In this document: positions 31,028 to 40,552 of the stretch, in pieces
How positions within the stretch are numbered: the stretch's first letter is position 1
Layout: every line of letters begins with the position of its first letter
NCBI GenBank assembly: GCA_964404285.1
Contig: CAYOJK010000012.1
Span: 11,494-75,493, forward strand
Direction: 5' to 3'
Source of the DNA: an uncultured bacterium
GTDB lineage: Bacteria; CSSED10-310
Length of the DNA stretch: 64,000 bases
The notes under the pieces: generated by a model
Seen by the model: the letters and a program-made list of their open reading frames with translations, nothing else
What the model was told of the DNA's origin: nothing
Database searches by the model: none
Program-made: the position numbers and the translations under genes

Positions 31028-32394
31028 CATTATTGAATACCGAAATTCTTTTGGAGACAGTTCTGGAAAAAGCCAGAAAACATGGAGCCGATCATGCTGC
31101 TGCCATTCTATCGCAAGATCACAAGGGTTCCATTCGCTTTGCAGCCAATCGAATTACACAACATAAAACCCATCAAAATACCTCGCTAATTTTGGCTGTA
31201 GCAATCGGCAGAAGAGAAGCTGTCATTCAAACCAATTTGCTTCAAAATAATAACCTGGATGATCTGGCTAAAAAAGCGATTGAATTTGCCCGGAACGCGC
31301 CGGAAAACCCGGAATTTTTTGAACCTATAAACCCGCAGAAGTATACAGATACTGAAGCTTGGTTCGAAAGCACCGCCCAGCTCCATGTCAACTCTCGCGC
31401 CGAAGCCGTAAAAACAATATGTGAAATGGCCGAAACAGAAGATGTCAATATATATGGAAATCTGGATACAACAGAAAAAAATAACACTGTTGGAAATACT
31501 AAAGGTTTATTTGTTGAACAGCCTTCTACAGAAATTTCCCTCTCCCTCTCTACTCGAACCCGCAACCATGATGGAAGCAGCCAGGCACATCTATGGACAG
31601 GTGATTGGAATGATTTTTCATACCAAGAAAGCGTGGAACGAACAATACGAATTGCTAAACAATCAGCAAACCCACGCCCATTGGATCCCGGAACATACAC
31701 CGTCATTCTGTCACCTAAAGCGCTCTCTGAATACCTGATGTTTCTGATTTTTTCCATGGATGCTCGTGAAGCTGATAAAGGTCACTCCTTTTTCGGAAAA
31801 TCCGCAAATAATAGTAGATTAGGCGATAAATGTTTCAAGGAGTTTATCTCGATAAAAAGTGTCACCTATCATCCAGAACTGCCAACGTTGAAATTCGGAG
31901 GCGCTACCGGTTCAGGAGGTTCACATGCCGGCAAAGTCTTCAGCATGGGCTTGCCGGTCAAAACCGTGGAGTGGATCAAAGAAGGTGTTGTCAACAATTT
32001 ACAACATTCACCTTATTATGCTCGTTTGAAAAATATCGACCCGATAGCATATCCACCAAACTTATTAATGCTAGGAGGAATGTCCTCTTACGAAAACTTG
32101 ATTGCCGGCGTTGACAAAGGGCTTTTGATTGAATCCTTCTGGTATGTCAACCCCCTTGATTGGAGTCGCCTAGAGCTCACCGGCCTGACGCGCGATGGTG
32201 TTTTCTTGATTGAAAACGGGGAAATCCGTTATCCAGTCAACAATTTTCGTTTTAATGATTCACCGATAAACAGCCTAAACCGGATAACCGATATGACGCC
32301 AATCCTAAAAACTTACGGCGAATATTTACCGGGATATTTCCCTTGGGTGCGGATAGATGGATTTCATTTGTCCAGCGTTTCACATGCCGTGTGA
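31024..32394 (+). CDS. pmbA: PmbA/TldE-family protein (TldD partner)
   Basis: ATGA start/stop overlap with tldD. TldD/PmbA fold without the HExxxH motif. Confidence 0.8.
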   Translation: MTLLNTEILLETVLEKARKHGADHAAAILSQDHKGSIRFAANRITQHKTHQNTSLILAVAIGRREAVIQTNLLQNNNLDDLAKKAIEFARNAPENPEFFEPINPQKYTDTEAWFESTAQLHVNSRAEAVKTICEMAETEDVNIYGNLDTTEKNNTVGNTKGLFVEQPSTEISLSLSTRTRNHDGSSQAHLWTGDWNDFSYQESVERTIRIAKQSANPRPLDPGTYTVILSPKALSEYLMFLIFSMDAREADKGHSFFGKSANNSRLGDKCFKEFISIKSVTYHPELPTLKFGGATGSGGSHAGKVFSMGLPVKTVEWIKEGVVNNLQHSPYYARLKNIDPIAYPPNLLMLGGMSSYENLIAGVDKGLLIESFWYVNPLDWSRLELTGLTRDGVFLIENGEIRYPVNNFRFNDSPINSLNRITDMTPILKTYGEYLPGYFPWVRIDGFHLSSVSHAV

Positions 32395-32455
32395 GCGAAA
32401 CGCTGTTTCGACAACATCTCGTTTTAGGAATTAAACGTTTTAATGATGGCACATG

Positions 32456-33859
32456 CTAATACCACGGGATTGACACTGGATCGAACAAAGTAACGAATGT
32501 CGTTTTTCCTTTTTTTACAGTGACTTCCCTTGTGATTTCGTATTGAGCGCCGGTAAAAGTTGATCGCTTGAATACAAGCTGATAGTCCCCTTCTTCAAGG
32601 GCAATCCGAGCATAGTCGATATGGTGAGGCAATGTCTGCCAATTTCGAGTATCGGCTTTTTCCGTGACTGCATTGATGATTGAAACAATCAAGCCAAGGC
32701 CTTCATCTTGGTCATGTGCCGCTTTTTCAAATCCCTTTTTCAACACTAAACGAAGCAACGCTTCTGCTAGTTCTCGCCCCATACGGTCCTGGAGATTTAA
32801 AAATGCTATCGCGTTGATATCTTGAGCTTTTTCCAGCACGATTTCTTTCGAGTCAACAATCACTCTGCACTCAATAAAAAATGGAGGTCTTTCTAAATAC
32901 CGCGGTAGAGCCATCCGGATAAAACTCAAATCCGTTATATCACCACTCCCCTCACCGGTTGGTGGAATCGGCAACCAGATATCTTCTTCCTGGTTGACAA
33001 ACACCATGACTCCACCTGCTCCACGTTCAATAAAAAAATTCAAGCTGTCTTCTGTTTTGATCGGTCCCAACCCATCATTCCAAAATACAACGATATCGCC
33101 TGTCTGGCTGTTTTGAGGAAGTGATTGCGCTACTGATTCATATTCTTTCTGGTAAAAAGCATATTCTTGCAGCATTCCGGCCTTTTGCGCCGATCTCAGC
33201 AAATCCCGTATCAATTGTTCTGGAACCGGCACATTATAGTATGTCAGATAATCCGTTTCATATAATGCCAAAGCATTTCTATAACAGATGAAAGCATTAT
33301 TGTATTCCTTTGATGCATCATAAAAAATACCCATTAAATTCCATGCGAATGCATCGCCGGAATAATGGTTTCGTTTATTAGACTCATACCGATCATTGAT
33401 TTCATTGAGTTTAATATTAATTCGTCTGCATTCGACAAGGGCGTCGGATAAGTTTCCAGACATTGCGTGATTCAAAGCTTTGAAATAATGAATTTGAACA
33501 CGTTCAAAATCTTCTCCAGGATAGGGAACAACACTAGGATTGGTAATAAAAGACAATGCTTCAAGGCCGTAATTTTTGATAAAACCATCTATAAAATCAT
33601 AGGCATTTTCAAACATTTCATTGCTGGCATCGTATTCTCCAGCCATATGAAGAGCTGTTCCTTTTTCCAAACAATATAACAATCTATTCCGATTTTTTTT
33701 GATCACGCGATCCCTATCCAGATAATCAACGGCCTCTTTGTATTCACCAGCTGTGATAGCCTGGTGAAATGCAATATTTTGCTGATAATAGGTTGTGCAT
33801 CCCGCCGACACGCTTATCAGGAAGACAAGGGCGGTTGAAGCTCTGAAGAAGGAATTCAT
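32456..33859 (-). CDS. TPR-repeat lipoprotein
   Basis: 'LISVSAGC' lipobox; TPR-like repeats throughout. Confidence 0.55.
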   Translation of the reverse strand: MNSFFRASTALVFLISVSAGCTTYYQQNIAFHQAITAGEYKEAVDYLDRDRVIKKNRNRLLYCLEKGTALHMAGEYDASNEMFENAYDFIDGFIKNYGLEALSFITNPSVVPYPGEDFERVQIHYFKALNHAMSGNLSDALVECRRINIKLNEINDRYESNKRNHYSGDAFAWNLMGIFYDASKEYNNAFICYRNALALYETDYLTYYNVPVPEQLIRDLLRSAQKAGMLQEYAFYQKEYESVAQSLPQNSQTGDIVVFWNDGLGPIKTEDSLNFFIERGAGGVMVFVNQEEDIWLPIPPTGEGSGDITDLSFIRMALPRYLERPPFFIECRVIVDSKEIVLEKAQDINAIAFLNLQDRMGRELAEALLRLVLKKGFEKAAHDQDEGLGLIVSIINAVTEKADTRNWQTLPHHIDYARIALEEGDYQLVFKRSTFTGAQYEITREVTVKKGKTTFVTLFDPVSIPWY

Positions 33860-33903
33860 GCAGAGAATTATTTGTTTAATCACAGTGTGTTTGATTGGGT
33901 AAA

Positions 33904-34494
33904 TTAATATCGGTTTACAAATTTTCTGATTTTTTTGGTTCCAAGCCACACTTTTTCATTTGTTTCGATATCGGTGAGTTCCAGGTCAACTTGATAATAG
34001 ACAAGCTGCTGTCGGTCCTGCGAATCGACAATTGAATTGATAACACCTTGGAGCATAAAATCCGCTCCTAATTCCCGCCGCCACCGCTTCGCCGTATCCG
34101 GATCGGCAAACTGTTGCTGGTCAGCGCGTTCATCACGGAGCTGTTCACGCGCCTCAGCGGACTGAACAATTCGAACGCTTCCTGCATTGATGAAAGCACG
34201 CTCCATATCTTTGATAAACGTATCCGTGCTGATCAATTCATGGGTTCGATTGAGAACAGCGCCGACTATAACGGTAGGTTTTTTGCCGTTATTTTCCAGA
34301 AACGTCATGTACCAAGGGCGATTCAGCGCGTCGGAAATCATTTCTTCAGCGACAAGGCGTGAATCGGTATCATTCCAACGACCACTCAGATCGATCGGTT
34401 CATCGGTTTCGATTCTGTGAACACGTGGCGCTGTCTGGCAACCGGTTAAAACCACTATGGAGCACAAGAAAATAGTCATTGTAAATCTAATCAT
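33904..34494 (-). CDS. LpoB-like lipoprotein (penicillin-binding protein activator family, COG3417-like)
   Basis: Lipobox 'VVLTGC'. Segments 'GRWNDTDSRLVAEEMI', 'IVGAVLNRTHELISTDTFIKDMERAFINAGSVRIV' and 'YYQVDLELTDIETNEKVWLG' parallel E. coli LpoB C-domain blocks (from memory). Confidence 0.5.
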   Translation of the reverse strand: MIRFTMTIFLCSIVVLTGCQTAPRVHRIETDEPIDLSGRWNDTDSRLVAEEMISDALNRPWYMTFLENNGKKPTVIVGAVLNRTHELISTDTFIKDMERAFINAGSVRIVQSAEAREQLRDERADQQQFADPDTAKRWRRELGADFMLQGVINSIVDSQDRQQLVYYQVDLELTDIETNEKVWLGTKKIRKFVNRY

Positions 34495-34628
34495 GGTAAA
34501 CCTCTTTGTACAAAATCCAGCCTGGCCATGATAGAGTATTCTTTTGTAAAAGATCAACTTTGTTCGATATTTCTCAAAAAGTCACAGCGTTACGATTCAA
34601 GCCGGCGCGAACAGCTCGTAACAAAAAT

Positions 34629-35810
34629 CTACTGTAACGATTGAGGCATCAATGGTATCGGGTAATGAAATCCAAGGTCTTGTTTGCCTTTGTCAGGTTT
34701 ATTGTCGATGGTCGTCGTGCCGATATTTTCCGGTAGAGCGCCTCGATCAATGCACGGGGACAGAGAATCCAGCCTGTATCCTTGAACGAACAACGGGTCT
34801 TCCGAGATGCAGTTAATTCTGCGACCGACGTTTTCGACATCGGCGATGGCATTACCCCAGATATTGCAGTTGTAAACCCTGGGGCGCGGCGTATCGTTTT
34901 CATTGTCTGCCGGAACAACGTGTATGCCAATACCGCTATTTTGTGCAATAATCGAATGTTCTATCACAGGCATATTAGGAGCGCCTTCAAGATAAACACA
35001 GATAATCCCGTCACCCTTGTTCGCTGCAATCGTATTAGCGGAAATTTTCGGGTTCAATTCATACGGACGCCACGTGTAATCTTGCCAGCAAAATACACCG
35101 CAACTGTCCTCCCTACCCAAAGTGCCGTTTCCAATTACCAAATTATTGACGATTTCAGCACAAGATGAATGTATAACGGAAATTCCCAACCAAAAGTTGT
35201 TGGTAACAATGTTGTCTCGAAAAATTGCAAACGTTTCATTACATTCGATTCCGATATCGTTATGCTCCACAATGTTGAACCGGATAACAGGCGGTATTCC
35301 CATTGCTCCCGAAGCACACTTGTGCAAAATGCCAAACTGGTGTCCTGATACGTAATTGTTCTGAACTGTTGCTGGACCGGTTAAGGTGATGCCTGCAGTA
35401 TTTTCAGGGACTTGACCCCCCAGTTGCGGCAGAGATTCCAGCGTTGTTAACGGCCAAATGACTCCTGTCGGGTCTTCTACCGTGAAACCTTCGAAAACAC
35501 TCCGGCTTCTGATCAATACCGTCATCCGGGAATCTTTTGAATCCATTTCAGGCCGTTGAATGATCGTCTTTTTATACCCTTTTACCCCTCTGACAATAAG
35601 GCTCTTGTTAGCCGGAAACCACACATTCTCGACATAAACCCCCGGCAAAACCAATATGGTGTCACCGCTTTGAACAGAACTGTCTAGAATTGCCTGCTGA
35701 ATACTGTCAAAATCAGCCGGCGTATCTTTGCTAACCTTCCACGTCGCTGCCGACAAGGGCAGAACCGTAAGAAGTGTGACACTTATGATAATAAGTCCAA
35801 GCTTTTTCAT
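34629..35810 (-). CDS. Secreted right-handed parallel beta-helix repeat protein (pectate-lyase/NosD-like fold)
   Basis: Signal peptide. Repeated 'N.I..N..GI.' beta-helix rungs ('NIVEHNDIGIE', 'NIVTNNFWLGISV', 'NLVIGNG'). Confidence 0.6.
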   Translation of the reverse strand: MKKLGLIIISVTLLTVLPLSAATWKVSKDTPADFDSIQQAILDSSVQSGDTILVLPGVYVENVWFPANKSLIVRGVKGYKKTIIQRPEMDSKDSRMTVLIRSRSVFEGFTVEDPTGVIWPLTTLESLPQLGGQVPENTAGITLTGPATVQNNYVSGHQFGILHKCASGAMGIPPVIRFNIVEHNDIGIECNETFAIFRDNIVTNNFWLGISVIHSSCAEIVNNLVIGNGTLGREDSCGVFCWQDYTWRPYELNPKISANTIAANKGDGIICVYLEGAPNMPVIEHSIIAQNSGIGIHVVPADNENDTPRPRVYNCNIWGNAIADVENVGRRINCISEDPLFVQGYRLDSLSPCIDRGALPENIGTTTIDNKPDKGKQDLGFHYPIPLMPQSLQ

Positions 35811-35966
35811 AATGTAACCTCCCTGTCTTCTGATAAAAGTATTATTTCTTTTCCAGAACACTTATACCAAAAGAAACTAGAAAAATCAAACTGTTACGTC
35901 GTTTATCCCTATCGCTTTGGTGATACGGGCGTTGAACGGTTTTCGCCATCAATGACCGAACCAGAG

Positions 35967-35982
35967 ACGGTTCGCGAACCGT
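35967..35982. promoter_or_regulatory. Perfect 16-bp palindrome ACGGTTCGCGAACCGT between dacA-like stop and beta-helix gene start
   Basis: The sequence is its own reverse complement; half-site-like 'gaacggtt' recurs at ~35930. Could be an operator, or a hairpin terminator lacking a U-tract. Confidence 0.3.
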
Positions 35983-35989
35983 TCGATGT

Positions 35990-37174
35990 TCACAACCCGA
36001 CTTTTCGTTTCAATCGTCCCCACCATCCCAGCGCCTCAATCGTTTCAGTCGTTACTAAATCACTTGTTCCCAATTCACGATTATCAAGATAAAAGCTTAT
36101 CGTTCCACACAGTATATCGGGTTCCAATGGTGCGACCAATTCACGTTCAAGAGTCGTTTTCATGATAATGTCGTTGATCCTGTCTCTTGGTATAACAGCT
36201 TTCACGTCGTTTTGAGCTACCGGTCGAGTTTCAAGTTTAGCGCCATTTACGACCGGAATCAGATCTTCAACAGGAAATCCCTCCGTGATCAATTCAGTAT
36301 TTATAAATAACGATAAACCCCACTTCATGAGCCTTTCAGCTTCATTAAATCGTTCTTTACCCTTATCACAACCAGCAACAACAGTGATGACTCTAACACC
36401 CTTTTGTTCTGTTGTAGCTGTTATACTAAAACCCGCATCCCGATAATAACCGGTTTTTAAACCATCGCATCCTTCAAAACTACGCACCAAACGGTTCGTG
36501 TTCGTCATGATAAATGTTCCATCTCGAAATGGTTTGGTATCCAATGATGTCCATTGAAGAATTTCTGGATGCTCGATCAATAATTCACGGGCTAAAATAG
36601 CCAAATCATGGGCGGTAGTGACATCAGGTCCTCTTTGAGCATCAGGCGGAAGACCGTGTGGGGATTGATAGGTTGTGTTTTCCATCCCTAATTGTGAAGC
36701 TCTAAGATTCATAAGCTCAACAAAACCATCCCGAGTGCCGGCAATATGTTCGGCGATTGCATGACTGGAATCGTTAGCTGATTGGATTAAAACAGATACT
36801 AAAAGTTCCTGTAATGTAAATGTTTCATTGTGTTTCAAATATACTTGCGAACCACCTATTTTCGATGCTGCCGCCGAGACGGTTATCACATCGTTAAATG
36901 AAATTTCTTCAGATTTCACTTTTTCCATCGTGATCAAAATCAGCATCATTTTGACCATAGATGCAGGATAGATCGTATCATGAATATTGTGTTCAAAAAT
37001 GATTTCTCCCGATGAAGTCTCCATTACCAAAGCGGTTTGGCAATTTTTCGGCGGTGACGGCAGGTGTGTCTCGGGAGACAAAAAAGCCAATGAGGACGAT
37101 GCAAAAAACAGGCTTATCAATATAAAAACACAGATTTTTAACCGCGTATTCAAGTCAGGTTGGGAGAACACCAT
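35990..37174 (-). CDS. dacA: D-alanyl-D-alanine carboxypeptidase (PBP5/6, peptidase S11)
   Basis: SxxK 'ASMVK', SxN 'SANDS', KTG 'LKTGY'; signal peptide. Confidence 0.8.
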   Translation of the reverse strand: MVFSQPDLNTRLKICVFILISLFFASSSLAFLSPETHLPSPPKNCQTALVMETSSGEIIFEHNIHDTIYPASMVKMMLILITMEKVKSEEISFNDVITVSAAASKIGGSQVYLKHNETFTLQELLVSVLIQSANDSSHAIAEHIAGTRDGFVELMNLRASQLGMENTTYQSPHGLPPDAQRGPDVTTAHDLAILARELLIEHPEILQWTSLDTKPFRDGTFIMTNTNRLVRSFEGCDGLKTGYYRDAGFSITATTEQKGVRVITVVAGCDKGKERFNEAERLMKWGLSLFINTELITEGFPVEDLIPVVNGAKLETRPVAQNDVKAVIPRDRINDIIMKTTLERELVAPLEPDILCGTISFYLDNRELGTSDLVTTETIEALGWWGRLKRKVGL

Positions 37175-37189
37175 AATAATTCCTCCATT

Positions 37190-40100
37190 TTAATTAACAG
37201 ATCGCCGAAGTGTATCCTGATAGATTTCTTTCAAGCGTTCATAAAATACATTTTCGGGTTCTTTGTTCAAAGCTTTTTCCAGAACATTCAAAGCTTCTTC
37301 TGTTCGTTTGATTCGATGCAGATATTGCGACTGAGTTGCCCAGACATCGGCAGCATCAGGGTTCATAACAACAAGATAATCGACTAATTTCCCCGCCAAA
37401 TCCCAATCTTCATCTGCCATGGCGGTCTGTGACGATTCCTGAACAAATAGTGAAAGACGTCTGTCAATACCTTTGTAAAACGGATATTTAGCTCGTAACT
37501 GATCAAGTTTCTTTACCACTTGAACAGGTGACATAGTAGAAACCGTATCATGTAACTCCAGATAATCTTGACGGGCCTTCTGAATGCGCTCCAACGAAAA
37601 GCCCGATTCATTCGATGCCCACCATTGTTGCCAAGCCTCTTTGTCCCACCCATAATTCACTCCGCTGTATTCAGCCATGAACTCGGAAACAAGTTCGACA
37701 GTATCTAACGGAGAAACCTCTCGAGGCGCCGTATCCAAAGAATCTATCAAAACTGGAAAACCGCTTTTTTCACCCATCTTTATTAGCCCAATAGCAGAAG
37801 AAACACGGACAAATGGATTATGGCTCAGCGATAAAAGTTGCAGTGAACCAATAGCAATAGAATCGTTTTGAAGAATAACCTGATCTCGAGCAAGATGATG
37901 AATAGCCAAATGAGAATCACTCAGCCCTTTCCTGAAAACCGCTTGGACATTTGCATTTTTCTTTCCGGCCAGAGCTTTTGTCGCAGCATATCTACATCCT
38001 GGATTCGAGTCGTTGAGAGCCATATTGGCCAGTTTCTGGTCCAGCTCCACACCGTTCAGCTCACCCGCAATCTGCGCTGCCGCCTTACGCACGGAAGCAT
38101 CGTCATCCTGAAGATGTTCGGTCACAATATCAACCAATCCGGGAATGTGATGATTGGCCAATTGAATCAAGGCCCATTGACGAGTTTTGGGGTCCAAATT
38201 ATCAAGCAAAAGGACAAGTTGCTCGATTGTTTTTGTGTCGACAGAATGCTCCAATATTATAATGCCAAGACCTTCTTCAATCGTGCGGCGAAAAGAGTCG
38301 TGACCACGATTGATGGCTTTTATGATCACCGGTATCGCATCCGTCCCTTTATCTATCACAAAACTCAATGCGTGATTACATTTAAACGGATCTCCTGCTC
38401 CCAGACGCGATAGTTCCACCCCGCTTTCTAAATCGGTGACCGGGCTCATGTCATAATGCAGGTGACGGGAATGGGCCTGTTGATCCGAGAAATACAATTC
38501 CGGCGCCAAAGGTGTGTCGATGCCGATTTCACCAAATCGATGGCTCCATATTGTGTTGTTTGATTCTGGACCGGAATTGTTTTTGTTGGAAACATCTTCG
38601 TAAATATCTTTACCCCTGTGGTCAATAAACATACCGATGATATAACCGGTATCCTGAAACGTATTGACAACGGAGCCTCGACTGAATGGACCACCTGAAT
38701 ATCGATCAAAACCTTTGTAATCAAGAAATAGTCCTAGTGAGAACGGTTGTCGGGCATGGCCCTGACCGTATGCTCCAACCAAAATGTATTCATCATCTCC
38801 CTCGTAATCCAAACAAACACCTGTCGAATGATTGACAGCTACAGCTTGTGAGGTGTCTCCAGCTAAATATCTATCAAAACCCTTTAAATCTATAATAGCC
38901 GCTGAACTCCAATCCACTGCGGCTCCCTGTGAATAGTCCCCGGCATGGTAATAGTCATCCCCACTACAATCCAGAAGTAACCCCATAGAGCCAAATCGGG
39001 CTGCACCCTGACTGAATTGACCAGCAAGATATTGATCATCACCTTTGCCATCGATCAAAAAACCTATTCCCCCATAATAATTGACGCCATCAGTTGAGTT
39101 TACAGAAGAAAAACCGGCCGCGGCGCCTTGTGTCAAAACGCCGTTTGAACGCTGCTCGGATGAAGCCGGATCGATTCCGGCAGCGTATGTATCGTGCCCT
39201 GCAATATTGATCAATAAACCCAGACCGAGTGTCGAGCCGAAACCCTGACCTATACTTTGACAGATAGTCGTGTCATCACCTTCAAGATCAACGGATACGC
39301 CGATGCCAAAAACGGCTGCGCCTTGACAAAATGTCTCAGCATGATAGATGTCATCGCCTCGCTCATCATATAAAAACCCGACTCCCCCTATAGCTGCGCC
39401 CTGAGATAATGGACCACTGCGATAGGTATCTTTTCCTTCCCAATCAAACAGCATTCCTATACCCAAAATAGCGGCTCCAACAGAACCTGGACTCATGTTT
39501 TCATATACATCGTTCCCTGCGATATCTATTAAAACAGATATGCTGCTTCTAGATTCGATACAACCTCCGGCATTGTTTAAATAAATATCGTTACCTCCAA
39601 GGTCTATCAATAATGCAGCATCATCCGCATGAGTATTGATGCCGGCGCCTGCAACGACAATTCTGCCTATTGGAGAATAAAAATTTAATAAAATTTCTTC
39701 GTGGCGTATGGGTATTTTTGTGGCGACAGATTGAAGGATTGGACGAGCGATGACGACTGCTTCCGTCAAAATATTTGCAGCATAAAACAATTTACTGAAA
39801 TTGACTTTTGCCATCAATTGGAGATTTCTGGACCATTCCGGATTGCCATCGGATAGAAATAAATGACCGTCACCAAAAGATGGGTCCGAAATGATCGAAA
39901 TAAACGAATCCTCCAGCAATTTGATTTCTTCAGCATTTAATGCAAACAAAGCCTCCTTGTGCAACATAGACGCGACTGTCAGGGCCTGAACAAGTATGCT
40001 GACAGCCTCCTCGAGATCCGTTGGCCATTGGGCAATCTCCTTTTCAAGATAAGACCTATATCGCGCCTCGATAACGCCTCTGTGATGGTTTGCCTGGAGC

Positions 40101-40501
40101 CTTTCTAAAGCATCCACAAGACTTTTTGCTTCCGGCACAAAAGGTTTATGATCTACTGTGCTGATATGCAGCATTTCATAGGCTGAGTCCAGCAAACTTT
40201 CCGGAGAAATTCTTCCTTTTAAACCACGAAATCGTGCTCCAAAAACATGGGCCAACGGAACAATATAAAAAGGATTGACCATGGCATCCACTAACACCGG
40301 CTGCCTGCCTGCCATGATCAAACCTGATTCCCAAGGTTCAGGAATAACGATATCGGACCGCAAGGTTCCAACCTGTTCAAACGCATCGTCCAAAACAGAA
40401 ACCTGCACGCTGTCCTCAGAATGAACACAAACAGCAATCAAAAGAAAGATGATTGCCCATCCTGGATTGCGCTTAAGATGATTACAAAAAAAATCTGACA
40501 T
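37190..40501 (-). CDS. Large periplasmic protein: ~12 tandem ~26-aa beta-solenoid-type repeats (D-x-x-G-x-D-x-Y...SQGAA...G.G.L) + PBS-lyase-type HEAT repeats + C-terminal TPR-like helices
   Basis: Signal peptide. Repeats e.g. 'DWEGKDTYRSGPLSQGAAIGGVGFLY', 'DERGDDIYHAETFCQGAAVFGIGVSV', 'DGKGDDQYLAGQFSQGAARFGSMGLLL'. HEAT-like 'DDDASVRKAAAQIAGEL', 'NPGCRYAATKALAG'. Confidence 0.6.
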   Translation of the reverse strand: MSDFFCNHLKRNPGWAIIFLLIAVCVHSEDSVQVSVLDDAFEQVGTLRSDIVIPEPWESGLIMAGRQPVLVDAMVNPFYIVPLAHVFGARFRGLKGRISPESLLDSAYEMLHISTVDHKPFVPEAKSLVDALERLQANHHRGVIEARYRSYLEKEIAQWPTDLEEAVSILVQALTVASMLHKEALFALNAEEIKLLEDSFISIISDPSFGDGHLFLSDGNPEWSRNLQLMAKVNFSKLFYAANILTEAVVIARPILQSVATKIPIRHEEILLNFYSPIGRIVVAGAGINTHADDAALLIDLGGNDIYLNNAGGCIESRSSISVLIDIAGNDVYENMSPGSVGAAILGIGMLFDWEGKDTYRSGPLSQGAAIGGVGFLYDERGDDIYHAETFCQGAAVFGIGVSVDLEGDDTTICQSIGQGFGSTLGLGLLINIAGHDTYAAGIDPASSEQRSNGVLTQGAAAGFSSVNSTDGVNYYGGIGFLIDGKGDDQYLAGQFSQGAARFGSMGLLLDCSGDDYYHAGDYSQGAAVDWSSAAIIDLKGFDRYLAGDTSQAVAVNHSTGVCLDYEGDDEYILVGAYGQGHARQPFSLGLFLDYKGFDRYSGGPFSRGSVVNTFQDTGYIIGMFIDHRGKDIYEDVSNKNNSGPESNNTIWSHRFGEIGIDTPLAPELYFSDQQAHSRHLHYDMSPVTDLESGVELSRLGAGDPFKCNHALSFVIDKGTDAIPVIIKAINRGHDSFRRTIEEGLGIIILEHSVDTKTIEQLVLLLDNLDPKTRQWALIQLANHHIPGLVDIVTEHLQDDDASVRKAAAQIAGELNGVELDQKLANMALNDSNPGCRYAATKALAGKKNANVQAVFRKGLSDSHLAIHHLARDQVILQNDSIAIGSLQLLSLSHNPFVRVSSAIGLIKMGEKSGFPVLIDSLDTAPREVSPLDTVELVSEFMAEYSGVNYGWDKEAWQQWWASNESGFSLERIQKARQDYLELHDTVSTMSPVQVVKKLDQLRAKYPFYKGIDRRLSLFVQESSQTAMADEDWDLAGKLVDYLVVMNPDAADVWATQSQYLHRIKRTEEALNVLEKALNKEPENVFYERLKEIYQDTLRRSVN

Positions 40502-40552
40502 TCCACCACTTCCAGCATTGTCATCTGGTCAGCTCATCGTTATCAGTTTAAA

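Noticed and set aside
32386-32402. Hairpin 'CGAAACGctgGTTTCG' at the pmbA stop as a terminator
   Set aside because: 6-bp stem without a downstream U-tract; too weak to call.
37868-38413. 181-aa + strand ORF inside the 1103-aa gene, and other 60-180-aa ORFs antisense to long genes (e.g. 31242-31757, 52611-53085, 57752-58237)
   Set aside because: Opposite-strand shadows of high-confidence CDSs with low-complexity translations.
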